64,000 bases of DNA from Podarcis melisellensis (Eukaryota). Shown here in pieces: positions 1 through 13,261 of this stretch (positions within the stretch are counted from its first letter, which is position 1; the number at the start of each line of letters is the position of its first letter). Location of the stretch: the NCBI GenBank assembly GCA_964234715.1, contig OZ174283.1. One strand, 5' to 3'. A program made the translations under genes and the position numbers. The notes below the pieces were generated by a model. That model saw nothing but the letters and a program-made list of their open reading frames with translations, had not been told where the DNA came from and did no database searches.

Positions 1-3000
1 TGTACATCCTTACTTACAACCAGCCAAGAGGGTCTGATCAACCACCACTGCCTCTCTAGAAGTAAACTTATGGCACTGAAAGGAGAGCTCCCCACCCCTT
101 GCAGTATCTTTCAGGCTTCATGGCTTGCTTAATTGCACTAAAGAACGTGAGACAAATGTTCTCAGATCCAGTGTGACAGATCTGCTGCCTTCTTGCAAAG
201 AGCCAGTGAGTGCTTTGTGGCAATTTGTATGTAATAGCTTTGCGGTGCCCATTTCTGTAAGAGGGGTTCTCTAACGAATCTTTGTTTCCCAGCCCTCTCC
301 GGCTTTAAAGTCCCATCTTGAAGCATCTGCAAGAGTTTTGTGTAGAGAAAAAGAGGGGCCTGGTCTACCTGCCCAGATCCACTGTGGGAACTGCTAAAAT
401 AAATGGCTTGCTTGTTTTCAGAGATTACTCCGAGCAGCCCTCCTAGCCTCCATCAAGCAAGGTCTTCCAGCATGCAGGGATAATGTGGAAATTTGTTTTC
501 AAGAAAAAAGCTTATCCCGTTGAGTGCTCCGTTTATTCTGCTCTTGCAATTTTCTTTAATGTCTCTGGCAAACAACAAGTACAATGATAATCTTTTTTCC
601 CCCTCCACCACAGGATTGTGGGGTTTCTTTTTGTTGTTGTTTTTACACAAAGAAAAGTTCAAACTCTAAATGACGTACTATTGGTATTTTTACACTATAC
701 AGATTTATAGGGATGTTAGTCCTTGGGAGACCAACAGGGAAGGAGAGGATTTATATTCTTTACTAGAATAGTTGTTGGTGGAGAGAAATGGTACAGAGAG
801 ACCTTCGGGGAGAAAACAGCTCATTGAGCAATTGCTTCAGGCAGTGTTTTAAATAAAATCAATTCCGGATATAACACCACTGCCATTTTCGTAAAACAAA
901 TAATGAACCTAGATTCCATTTGTTTATATTAGGAGCTCATTTCCACACGCTGGGCCTAGTAAAGCTATTGCCCCCCTCTTGAACCTTTGGCGGGCAAATG
1001 GAACTTATTCTCAGAATCAATAAAGCCCAAAAGGCAAGGAGGTTTGGAAAGTTATTGTCAAGACTGTGTGGTCACTTATCTGCCATTTGTATTTGACGTC
1101 CCATTCTGTGTGTGTTTGTTTTTCATTCTAGTTGTTTGCAGACTCCTGGGGAGTTAAAATGTGTAGGAAAAAAACATCCAGGTAAGCATATGGTTCGAGA
1201 TGATAATATGTGACTTGTTTAGGATGTTGATGCTCTTGGAAACTTCAGGTATGGTCTGGGTAAGAAAGAGCAAAACAAAAAACCCCCAAACACAATTCTC
1301 TTCCAAATCCTCTATTTCTTTTTTTGTCTAGTACTCGTTTCTTAATCTGCAGAAATGTTGTTGTTATCTCAGTTGTTAATGATATTTAGAGCCTCGTGTC
1401 TAATGAGTCTGCAATTAATCCCAAGCATATTGTGTGCGGTGCTTAGCTTTCTTTTAAAAACAAAAACCACATTTCTACGGCTCTTCTGTATTAATATTTG
1501 ATAAACCTCAGGCTTAGCTATAAAACAGAAGATCTAACTCCAGTCTGCTTTTCTCCAAATCCGTTGAGGCTTTCCTCTTAATCACAACATTCTAGTGCCT
1601 TTGCTATCTCCAGTTCTTTAAAGCAAAAAAAAAATGTGAAGGTAAAAGGTAACAATAAAGATCCCATTTACTCTTTGCCAACCATCATATGGGTACTACT
1701 ACTTCTGATATCATATGTAGCTGGGCATCTTTCCAAAACCTGATTATGAGCTGACTTAAAAGTAAGGGTCAAACTACATGTGATGTTCGCCACAAAGCTC
1801 TGCCCTTAAGTTTTGGGTTATTGTTTCTGATGGCTAGTTCAGGGGGATGGATATTCGGATTGCCAGCAAACGTCCCATTGAAACAAAAGTGTGCTGAGCA
1901 GAAAGTTTTGTAAAGGTAGATTGAGCTGCAAGTGGCTTAAGTTCTGAAGTAATAACATGACAGCCCAGCTCATTCCACCAATCGGATCACATAACTTGCC
2001 ATTCTCTTGTCCCATCGGTATTCATTTATTCCTTGAGCACTGTTGTTTACCTGTGAGATGGACTGTGAAATGGACTATGTTGTAAAGTTGAGAGGTAGTG
2101 TCACGCAAGTATGGCTGCAAATGTCACTCGATACTGTAGCTGTTGAATTTCCCATAATTTGCTGGATCTTAAGAGTGGTGATATTTCTAACATTTACAAG
2201 AACTATATATCAGTGGAGAGGAAGCCATGGAAGCCACAAGCTACAGAAGATGGGGTTGCAGATTGGAAACACCATAATTATGGGGACCAATATCCCACTC
2301 AGAAGCACAAAGAGACATTGCATTAGGTGCTATCAGCATCTAAGCAAACTCCTTGCTTTTTATTTAGCTCTTATGCAATGTATTTAGCTGTGGCTCATCA
2401 CATACATTCTCAGTCTGGATATTTTATTTATCACCATCTGTTTGGAAACATCACTTACCCTCATTATTTGAACGTTTGATTCCAACCCCATTTTCCAAAT
2501 CATCTGATTATCTGCATTCACTGTGTGCTCCCAATGTAACACTGTAAAAATGCAAACCTGTGTGAATAGAGCTCTGCTTTGCCTGAACTTGAGCTTATTG
2601 GAATGTTGTGATGTCCCCCAGGCCATTCACAGCAATGAAGCCACAATAAAAGCATATTATTGTGTTTGCTGCAGAACAGGCTTTATTTTATATATATGCA
2701 TATATGTGCTCTGAGAAGGAAGTGCTATTGCTGAGCCCAGAATTGAGGGGCTGGGGAGATTTAGGAAAATTTCCCCCCATATCATTCTGTCAGATATTTG
2801 TCAAGGTTAGTCACATTATGGAAGAAGTCTGCAGCTGGATTTAAAAAAAATGGGCTTTCCCAAACTATGAGGCTGTGGGGAATATTTCCTCACAGATTTT
2901 GTTGTGTTGGTCTTTTATTATTTTAAATCTGCTTTGGATGTGTAGGGATATGAAGGAATTTAGGGGAAAGAAAGTGAAGGATAGGTATGCTGAGAGTTTT

Positions 3001-3252
3001 AATATTTTACAGGATGCCAGTAATAGAAGAAGACAAGAGCAGGAAGACAATGCACTCCATCATTAATGAAAGCAATTTCTGACATCAGAGCATCTACAGT
3101 CAGTCGGATGTAGAAGTGCTTTGTTCTTCCAGTTGTTGTACTCTCATATCCAGAGGGGAACCAGGAAAGAGGCAGCACAAAAACTGAAGTGCAAGGCACA
3201 AGTGCATCTAGAGGGCGTCAAGTGCCGTAAGGACCAGGGTTGTTCTGAGAGT

Positions 3253-3636
3253 AAGGTAAAGGTAAAAAGGTAAAGAACCCCTGGGCATTTAAGTCCAGTC
3301 AAAGGCGATTATGGGGTTGTGGCACTCATCTTGCTTTTAGCCTGAGGGAGCCAGCATTTGTCCACAGACAGCTTTCCAGGTCATGTGGCCAGCATGACTA
3401 AACTGCTTCTGGCTCAATGGGACACTGTGACGGAAACCAGAGCGCACGAAAATGCCGTTTACCTTCCCGTCACAGCGGTACCTATTTATCTACTTGCACA
3501 AGCGTGCTTTCGAACTGTTAGGTTGGCAGAAGCTGGGACAGAGCAACAGGAGCTCACTCCATCACAGGGATTCGAACCGCCGACCTTCTGATCGGCAAGC
3601 CCAAGAGCCTCAGAGGTTTAGACCACATTGCCAACC
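3253..3636 (-). mobile_element. Sauria SINE (Squam1-like), near full length
   Basis: (AAAGGT)n tail at the left end; core GTCATGTGGCCAGCATGACT and ACCTATTTATCTACTTGCAC; B-box GGATTCGAACC near the right end. Confidence 0.92.
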
Positions 3637-4886
3637 AACAGTAGGAGGGTAGATGCAAGTAAAATGTTTGACTGCACTTCTGCAAGTAAAAAGGCTGTCA
3701 TGGAAGAATGTGGTAGGTCTTTCCTATATGCATGACAAAAAAAGCTTGGAAGGGAACTATTGGAGTGGAGATGTGTTTGGTATAGAATAGGAACACTGAC
3801 CTTAGGTATTTTATGTATTTGTGTATGTAGTCTATCAATTTATGATTGGACTTTCACATAAGTCTCAAGGAAAGTCTTCTTGCCATCAGCTACATTGTAC
3901 CACAAGCATGGCAGCTGGGGAGGAGACAATGGTGCACTGGACATCTGAGAGGAGACCATCCCTGGCTCTGGCCAGAGGTAAGGGGACATTGCAAGGGAGT
4001 GGGGCAGAGTAAGAGCTCTCCTCTTCTCCACTCTGCAGGTTTGAATTTCAGCTAAGGCTGCAGCACAGGACAGTGTATGCTGCAATGTTGCCTGGAAAAG
4101 TCTCAGCTCTGACGTTGTTGGGCAAGGGACCTTCAGGAAGTGGCGAAGCAATCGAAAAGCTGTTAGTCAGGGAGACATCCGGGTGGGCAAGAGCAGATGG
4201 ACAGATGAATACCAAGAAGCAGTCGGCTGACACCATGAGCAGGCAGGCAAAGAGTGGCCACAGTCCCTGTTAATGTATGAATCACCTTTTCCGCAATTCT
4301 CAAGGCAATTTACAATCGTACAATAATAACAACTAAAAATAGATTTTAAAGCAATGCAAATGAACACACATATAGCTCAGAACTTAGGGATCCCCGATGT
4401 TACGACACAGTTCTGAGCTCAAAAACATATTGAAAGTGTTTTTAAAAGTGCATTTTGAGAGAAAATGTGTTTTAAGATATGTATTTAGGCATGTGCTTAT
4501 ATGTGGATTTTTGCTGTTTTTTTAAAAAAAATAAAATTACAATTTACTAAAGAAATGGAATAGAATGAGTGAAGATATTTTAAGTGAACACATGCAAAAG
4601 TGGCGTGGACTGGGAATAAACTGATTCATTCATTCCTGGTCTCATTCACTCAACTCTGCTGCCACAACTCCATCCCATAGGCATGCTTCTCACAATGTGG
4701 TTGCCTTGTGGAGGCCATGAGAAAGTATGGCAACTGTTCCATATGGTGCACCATTATATGTGTCCTCTTTTCATGCGGACAAGCTCAGTGTGTTTTGCAA
4801 TCAATCACCAGGAATGTTGGCAGTGGCATAGAGACAAAGATGGTGGGGACTCATCAGCATGGCTCACTAAATGGGACAGCTACTAC

Positions 4887-5060
4887 ACAGAAAGCTGCCT
4901 CATATTGATCAGACCAGTAGTCCATCTAATTCAATACTGCCTACAGTGTCTGGTATCAGGTTTCCAGGATTTCAGAAATGGGTCTTTTTGCATCCCTACC
5001 TGGAGCTGCCAGGGATTGAAACGGACCCATCTGGATATGGTTTCCGAGGCCTTCAACTCA
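4887..5060 (-). mobile_element. Squam3-like tRNA-derived SINE, degenerate
   Basis: Reverse-complement similarity to the copy at 51558-51731 (AAGCTGCCT...TCAGACCA...GTCCATCTA; CTACCTGGAG.TGCCAGGGATTGAA). Confidence 0.6.
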
Positions 5061-5612
5061 GTTCTATATTGTAAAATGCACCTCAAAGAGATGACACCTT
5101 GCACACTTTATAATTAGTCCATCACAGTATGGAATATTTGCTTCCTCATACTGAGTATGTGTGTGCATGTGGTTAGGAATCAAGCTAATGGCATGTTCAT
5201 CACAGGCTGATAAGCCCTAAGCCTAACAAATCATGACAATGTCTCCTTAACCAATTACCCATAAAAGGCAGACTAAAGTGAAACAAAGCATCGCCTTAGT
5301 AGATGTGAATATCTGATGGATGACACCATAAATGGTGGCTACATCGTAGACTCTGACCGCTCCATATTCATTTATGGGTAATTTGGTCTGGATAAGTGAC
5401 TGTGAATCACTCCCTTGATGAGGAAAGTTTCTTAGAAGGAAATGTTTCCCTAGAAGAGAGTTGTTCCCAGTGCTGTATTAGGAGGTCCACAACGGCATTC
5501 CAACACCAACATCATGGAAAGTAGTACCCATCGTCAGGTTAGCAATAGCATATTTGGAGCTTGAATATAAGCTGTTCAGCATGTAAAGTGACACTAACAG
5601 TTAAACTTTATA

Positions 5613-5854
5613 CAATGGACCCTCAGGTTACATACACTTCAGGTTACATACGCTTCAAGTTACAGACTCCGCTAACCCAGAAATAGTACCTCGGGTTAAG
5701 AACTTTGCTTCAGGATAAGAAGAGAAATCGGGCAGCAGCGGCACGGCAGCAGCAGGAGGCCCCATTAGCTAAAGTGGTGCTTCAGGTTAAGAACAGTTTC
5801 AGGTTAAGAACGGACCTCCGGAACGAATTAGGTACTTAACCCGAGGTACCACTG
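5613..5854 (+). mobile_element. Tc1/mariner (Tigger/pogo-like) MITE, ~240 bp family
   Basis: Degenerate CAGTGGTACCTC TIR at left, GAGGTACCACTG at right, TA on both flanks; internal 16-bp GCTTCAGGTTACA repeats. Confidence 0.9.
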
Positions 5855-5907
5855 TATACAGTACTGATTTAAATGAACCAGATTAGTTTCTGCACCTAAT
5901 GACCTTC

Positions 5908-7270
5908 TAATAATAATAATAATAATTTATTTATACCCTGCCCATCTGGCTGGGTTTCCTCAGTCACTCTGGGCGGCTTCCAACAAAAGATTAAAGGCAG
6001 AGGTGTAGCAAGCCCAGGTGGTACCTGGTGCGGAAATTTTTTTGTCACACCCCCCCCCCCGACACACACACACATCGACAGCTCAGGGTAGGCCTAGGAG
6101 CCGCAGGTGCGTGCCAAATGTCTGACCCTCCCTTCCTATGCCTCTGTGCCCCCACTTCCGCAACTCCCAAGTACCCTGAGCCGTCAGGGGAAGGTGGGGA
6201 GCTATGCCGCTTTGCCAGGGTGATGGAAAAGCTGTGTCCTCTCTGGAGCCACAGCTCCCATCCGTTTCCCTCCCTCCCTCCCCAGCTTGCTGTAAAGCGG
6301 CAAAGTGGAAGCCACTTACGGCATGCCGGGGAGGGAGGGAGGCTGGGAGGGGGGACCCCACTGCCGTTGCTATGCACAGCACATGCGTGCAACACCGCAC
6401 ATGCATTGTATGTAGCGGTTTGCCACCGGCACCACCAGAGAGCCGTACGGATGGTGGCAGGATCCTCCACTTGCAGCTGTAGTGGCTAGTGGCGATGGAG
6501 GCATGCCACCGCCGTTTGGTGCTCGGGCGATGCCGGCAGCAAACCGCCATGTACAGCGCATGTGTGGCATCGCTACGTGCAGCGCACGCGTGCAACACCG
6601 CGCATGCGCTGTACGCGTAGTGGTTTGCTGCCAGCACCGCTCAAACACCATACGGACAGTGGCAGGATCCTCTGCTTGTGGCTGCAACTGCAAACTGAGG
6701 ATCCTCCACATGCTTATCGCGCCATCGCGCCCGGGCCGGGGCGGCAGGGCAAGCACCCCACGAGGTACCTTCTTGTCACCCTCCCAGACATTGAACCCGG
6801 GGTGTACACATACACCCTGCGCCCACCTTGCAACGCCACTGATCAAAGGTACATTAAAACATCAGGCATTAAAAACTTCCCTAAAATAGGATCAAACATT
6901 AAAAAGTTCCCTAAACAGGGCTGCCTTCAGATGTCTTCTAAACATCAGATAGGTGTTTATTTCTTTGACATCTGATGGGAGGGTGTTCCATAGTACGGGT
7001 GCCACCACCCAGAAGACCCTCTGCCTGGTTCCCTGTAGCTTTGCTTCTCGCAGTGAGAGAACTGCCAGAAGGGCCTCAGCGCTGGACCTCAGTGTCTGGG
7101 CTGAACAATGGGAGTGGAGACGCTCCTTCAAGTATACCGGACCGAGGCCATTTATGTCTTTAAAAGTCAGTATCAACACTTTTAATTGTGCTCGGAAACG
7201 TACTTGGAGCGAATGTAGGTCTTTCAAGACCGGTGTTATGTGGTCTCGGTGGCTGCTTCCAATCACCAGT
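5908..7270 (-). mobile_element. L2-clade LINE 3' fragment, interrupted by a hAT MITE at 5998-6841
   Basis: ORF 6892-7266(-) gives HITPVLKDLHSLQVRFRAQLKVLILTFK..GLGPVYL...VAPVLWNTLP, the typical L2 ORF2 C-terminus; (TAA)n/TTTA tail at about 5908-5935. Confidence 0.9.
5998..6841. mobile_element. Non-autonomous hAT (Tip100-like) element, 844 bp, GC-rich palindromic interior
   Basis: TIRs CAGAGGTGTAGCAAG / CTTGCAACGCCACTG; 8-bp TSD ATTAAAGG (5990-5997) / ATCAAAGG (6842-6849). Confidence 0.85.
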
Positions 7271-10200
7271 CTAGAAATATAAATTCTTGGTTGAATATAA
7301 TATCTTTCTCTAACTTTGTACCATTCCGACTGCTTCTACCATTCCGGCACCCCACAGTTACCAGGTTATTGGTAAATTAAGGGTTGAGGGGGAATAAGTC
7401 AGACTGAATGGTGACAGCAACACAAGTTTGGGAGAACCATTTGAGTGGGAGTTGGGTTTTCTTATTTTAGAGTGAGTGGTAAGTAAATACTCCCCCTTCA
7501 CAGAAGCTCAAACAGGCTGTTGGCAGGCCCAACAGGTGCTAGTAAGGATGAAGAGGTGCTCAGCCCACAACCGGATACATAAGCCACTACCCTTCAGCCA
7601 TGATACACGTGACACTGGATGGCCAGAGAAACTCAATGCACCCCTTGAGCTCTTTGCAAGTTACAATCCCTCCCATTCACCCACACATCCCATTAGGGGG
7701 GATTTCATTTGTTATGCCATACTAAACAAGCTGAACAAAAGAACTTCCACAAAGCGCGTGGAAGTTAACTATGGAAGTCTTTGCTCTGCCATGTGGATTT
7801 ATCTGTCTTACGCAGGTCATGTAAATTTCGAGTTGGGAAGAAAGCCACAAAAGAAATCTGCCTGCAACAGAACAGCCTTAGCCGAAGCACCGTAGCATGC
7901 AGAAGTCAGAGAGTTCAAGGAACAGAGAAGATTTCAGAAGCATCTCCTGTCATAGAGGGTAACACAGTTGGCCTCTGACAAAACAAGGAATGTTGCTGTT
8001 TAAGCCTAGGATAAAAAGAGCAGCAGGATGAGATTTAGGGTTCAGCATTTGATTGATATTTGCATTCACCGCAACCAAAGCAAAGCGGGGGAAACGCTAA
8101 CCAGGTTGAGCGGACCTTTGCAGCAGCCCTGGAATGGAGATCATGGGAGTGCGAGACAATCTTTCTTTCGGAGCAGAATAATGATAAATTCATGCTCCTT
8201 AGAGAGGAGAAGGGGTCACTCTCGCCAGAATGAGAAATAATGTACACATTTGTAATGCCGACATAGCAGGAAGATGAAAATAGAGCTTAGGTTGGTTCGT
8301 GTTAGCAGGCTCAGAAGGGTCAAGTAAAGTGGAGGGCGGGGGGGGGGGTAGGTGCCTCCAGATACTTTGTTGGGCCAGACAAGTTGCTCACATAGACCAA
8401 AAGGACCTTTTGCTTGCTTTTCCTCTCACGCCTACTGATGTGATTTTAGAGCCTAGATTGAAGCCAGTCAAATCAAAAGTTTGCGTGGAGTGCCCATTTC
8501 AGACGAAATGTATTGTTCATGGTAGAAGCTGGGGGGGAGAAGGGGGGCTCTCATTATTTCTTCAGCACACAAACTGAGTGTCTGCTCAAAGGACTGTATG
8601 GACTTGATGAGTGGGGGAGTGTATTTTTTAAATTATCAACATATTATATTGGTTTGCCAGCCGCTCAGATGGTACCAGTTTGAAGAAATGTGGGGGAACC
8701 CTTCGATCTTTACTTCATCCTTAAGTTTTCTTTGAAGCTTTTTTTTTTCCCCGTGGAAGAAACCTGACTGCAATGAAAGCAGAAATCAAAAGAAGGGGTT
8801 TGGAACTATTTTAATTCAGGGTGGATGGTCTACCACAGAAAACGATTACAAATGCAAGTGAAATTTCAGGATTTGATGTTAAGTGTAGGAGCATTCCAAC
8901 GCTAGACAGGTGTTTACTTTATTAAGATTTCAAATGAAGCATGGATAGCTCAGAAAAATGCACTGCACTCATAGATGTAATGTGGTGGACGTCCCCCCTC
9001 ATTACTTGTTTGATTACCTTAAACATAAAGACATTAGAAGGAAATACTAAGCTCAGTCTTTGGAAATGAATTGGATTTTCACCAACTCTGCATGCAACAG
9101 TGTACCCAAAGGAAAGTAACAACTATGGCCATCATTTTAAATACCTCCTTTAACTCAGTTATATGTCTTGCTAAGCTTCCTGATGTAAAAAAAAGGTACA
9201 AATGCCATTCCCTTCATTTAAAAACAACATCTGCATGTCTGTTTATCTTAGACTGATTGTAAAATGGGATTGATTGGAATATTTCACAGAAAGAGTGTAG
9301 TATTTAAAGATAATCTGAATATAAGTGGATATAGAGTCTATTGCTCTCAATATTGCTCCAAAACAATCCCTAAACTAGGATTCGGGCTGGGGATAACTCT
9401 GGATTCAGTGCAGCAGAAATACATCAAAGATGGTCGTCCAGCCCTGGTACCATGGTTACCAGCTTGTTTTTTGGCCTTGCACCAAAACATATGTTCAGTT
9501 CAGTTTATTCTCAAGAGATTTGGCTTCCCCTTCAGGCACATCTATTATGCTGACTGAAATATGAAAGAACTATGTGGAACCAAGAAGACTTTAGTCTTTT
9601 TATTTGGATAGTTTTTTCAGATTTTTTCCCCCATACTAAAGATTCCAAATCAAAAGTGTTACAGTATTGCAAAAGTAATTTGCAGCTTAGACAACTTAGA
9701 CAATCGCTTCATTTACATTAGCTGGAAAAATGTTTGGCTGATTTTTATTGTATCAGAACATGCCTTTTTGTTAGCCTTCTGCAAAGGTTAGCACCATCTG
9801 CGTTTAATTGCAAGAGGTGTGAAATGAAACCCTTTCAGGCAGAGTCTGTTTTACAGCAAATGTTCACAAGTTTCTTCAAGATTACATAACCACACAGAAA
9901 ATACTGCCATTTGGTGCAACAGTTTTTCATACTACTGTTTAGTAACTATTGTCATTTTTTTTAAAATGTTGGGTGTTTTATGTTCCTTCAAATACTTTGT
10001 TTAGAAATGTGACATGAATGAATGCATGCTTTCACTCACTATTTTTTTAAAAAAAAATTAAAGAGCTGCTGTGAAGCACTACCATATGAATTCAAGTTTC
10101 AGCTACTGTACCTCATACCACTGATTTTTGCCCTCATCACACACCCCTGATAAACAAGCTGAAGTTAGCTTGTTCCCTTTTTTTGGAGGGTGTATCCAGA

Positions 10201-10557
10201 AACTGATTTCCCCCACCCTCATGCCTATACCCCTGAATTCCTGTTCACTGTCAATTACATCTGTAAAAATGTCCGTTTTATTTTTGCCTTTTGTTAACCT
10301 GCTTTCCACCAAGTCAAACCTTGATCCATTGAGTCCACTGTTAATTCTGTCTTAATTCCTAGTGGAAGCGCACAGTGGTGGTTTTGAGGGAGCCCAGACC
10401 CAGCCAGAGTGTGTGACAAAGAATGGCAGCTGTGAATTAATCCATCAATCAACAACCAGCCAATTGGCTGACTGGCCGGGAAGAGAGGGACAAAATGAGG
10501 CAACAGAACCTTGGACAGCTCCATGCTGACATTCTGGAGCTTCACCAAATCCTCATC

Positions 10558-10901
10558 TCAAGGGTGAGGAAGCATATTCCAAAGGTCATTTCCCCCCTGG
10601 GAAGCCTTCCAAGGCCACATGCCAATGGTGGCCAGGGCCCAAACCAAACGTGGGCAAATGTAAATTTAAGCCATGCTCAGTAGGTTAGTTTCTACACACA
10701 CACACAGACACACACACACACATTTTCCATCCAAACAACCAAGAGGCATTATCAAATATCAAGGACACATTCCAGCCCAGCAAAAATAGTTGGGGTGTGA
10801 AGCAGGGCCACTGGTTGGTGTGGCCCAGGGAGAGTTCTGAGAGCTGATAAAGAGGCTTAGAGGGCCTTATTTGGTCCCAAGGCCCAGGTTTCGCCATCCT
10901 G
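10558..10901. mobile_element. Degenerate hAT (Charlie-like) non-autonomous element
   Basis: Patchy similarity to 43463-44060 (TAGTTTCTACACACA; GAGGGCC near the end); degenerate CAAGGGTGAGGAA / TTCGCCATCCTG ends. Confidence 0.5.
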
Positions 10902-11164
10902 CTTTATATCGTCTCTTGGCCTGACTACCTGCCCCAGGCTCCAGCCCCTATCTGAGAGGCAAGACCTCTAAAGGGGCAGCCCACTGGCCTGGGACTGAGC
11001 AAAGCATTTCACCATCTTCTTGCTCATTCCCACCAGGTGGGAATTCACTGTCCATTTGTGACCGGACAGTGGAGAGCATGAGGACTTTGGTGGCCAGAGT
11101 CTCTATCCCTCAAGGAAATCTAGCTTAAGGCTTGCTGTCTCTGACTGCTCTAGTCCTCTGTATA

Positions 11165-11519
11165 AGGTAAAGGTAAAGGGACCCCTGACCACTAGGTCCA
11201 GTTGTGGCCGACTCTGGGATTGTGGCGCTCATCTCACTTTATTGGCTGAGGGAGCCGGCGTACAGCTTCCAGGTCATGTGGCCAGCATAACCAAGCCGCT
11301 TCTGGCGAACCAGAGCAGCACACGGAAACGCCGTTTACCTTCCCGCCGGAGCGGTACCTATTTATCTACTTGAACTTTGACGTGCTTTCGAACTGCTAGG
11401 TTGGCAGGAGCAGGGACCGAGCAGCGGGAGCTCACCCTGTCGCGGGGATTCGAACCGCCGACCTTCTGATCGGCAAGTCCTAGGCTCTGTGGTTTAACCC
11501 ACAGCGCCACCTGCGTCCC
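11165..11519 (-). mobile_element. Sauria SINE, full length
   Basis: Head ends at GCGTCCC, tail (AAAGGT)n; TSD AGTCCTCTGTATA (11152-11164) / AGTCCGCTGTATA (11522-11534). Confidence 0.96.
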
Positions 11520-12963
11520 ACAGTCCGCTGTATAGGGACACAGATATTTCTGTCCTTAATTACAGATGTCAGTAGAGAGCTATAGAAGTGATAGATCTTG
11601 ACCTTCCATTTCCATATCTGTCAATGAGGATCCATCGTAAGAATACCCAAGATTAATTTATTGTAGCTATATTTATGAGAATGGGTTTGGCAAACAGATG
11701 GAGGAGCAGAAATTCTAACTTGTCAACCACCCTGAGACCTGTGGGTATAGGGTGGTATATAAATTTAACAAATAAATAAATCAAGTCTAAAATGCCGTCA
11801 TGGAGTCCTGCTGTCAATGTTTATGTTAGACAATAATGCAAGTTTAAACGGAACAACACTTCTGATATTACACAAGCTGAAGGAAAATACCATCATTTTC
11901 CTTCCAGTCCTAAACTGTGACTTGTCCTACCCAAGCCTTTTTAGTCAAACTTCTTACAGCAACTATCTATGTATATTTACTCAGAAATAAGCTCTGCTGA
12001 ATACAATGCGAGTTATTTCTAAGTAAATGTACATAAGATCACGCTGTTAGACTACTTCATTTGAGTTCACCAGGGCTTACATGTAGTAACTGAACTAGTT
12101 ACAAATATCCACAGAGATACACTTCATTAAATATTGTCTGTTTACAATTTCACTACATTTACCAAAAAAAAAAAGGCAACTGTCAGGACTCATATTAAAA
12201 AATACACTGAGAAAAACCTAACCAAGGAGAACCTTCAATAACTGCAAGCAAATCTCAATACAAAGAGATAAATGACAAATGAATCTCCTAGGGTCCCAGT
12301 GGCAGCTCTAACAATGCCTATATACATATAAGCTAGAAATAAAATGTAAGCCTTTCAGCATGCCCTGAAGGCTTGTAAGCGTAGGATACTACACAAGCCC
12401 AGAGAAATAATGGAGAATAATTATAAGGGCCAATCTTATTCCCAGTGAAATCAATAGAAGTGTGTGCAAAGTAGCTTAACTTACACATTAAGCATCTCTT
12501 TTTTTTCCTCTGGGAACAGATACGATGGACATAGAAAATCGTATGCTTTCTGCCTAAAGAATACTCTTTTGATATTTTTACAAGGCCATGATCAAACTGT
12601 GTTTTTGTCCGTACGTTTATTTATTTATCCAATTCCAGTTGTGAACCACTTCCCATAAAGCTCAAAGCGATTTCATGGAAAAACAATTCCATATATGAAA
12701 GCAATTAAAAACAACTCCATATATATACAAAGTTAAAAATTACTTAATATGTAAAAATTATTTCAGATCCAGCACAGATAGAGACTGAGATAATGAGTGC
12801 TCTGTTTAATGTGGATAAACCAGAGCACATCAATAAACTTTTTAAGTCAGTCCCCTGAGAAGGAGCTGAGGTTCAAAATGTGTTTGAGGTCCTTTAATAA
12901 ATATTGCTTTGTACTATTATGGATCCTAGGCATCCTCACTTCCTTTTATGGCATTTGCCAATA

Positions 12964-13204
12964 CAGTGGTACCTCGGTTTAAAAACAGTCCGGTTTAAGA
13001 ACAATTTGGTTAACAAACTCTGAAAAACTGGAAATAGTGTCTTGGTTTGAGAACTTTACCTCAGTCTAAGAACAGAATCTGAATGGTGGAAGGGCACCAG
13101 TGGCAGGAGGCCTCATTGGGGAAAGCACGCCTCGGTTTAAGAATGGTTTTGGTTTAAGAATGGACTTCCAGAACGGATTAAGTTCTTAAATCAAGGTACC
13201 ACTG
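12964..13204 (+). mobile_element. Tc1/mariner-type MITE, sister subfamily of the ~240 bp family
   Basis: CAGTGGTACCTCGGTTTAA / TTAAATCAAGGTACCACTG TIRs, TA flanks; interior uses GGTTTAAGAAC repeats. Confidence 0.88.
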
Positions 13205-13261
13205 TAGCTTCTTAATGTGAATGTGATCTCCATGGGTACAGACATAGTAGTGTAACATATA

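Noticed and set aside
2941-3737. Possible third LTR (purine-rich, TG...TGACA) split by a Sauria SINE
   Set aside because: No TSD or inverted termini to support the boundaries
6028-6975. Cluster of overlapping 135-184 aa ORFs on both strands
   Set aside because: They lie in a GC-rich palindromic MITE where stops are rare; no recognisable domain
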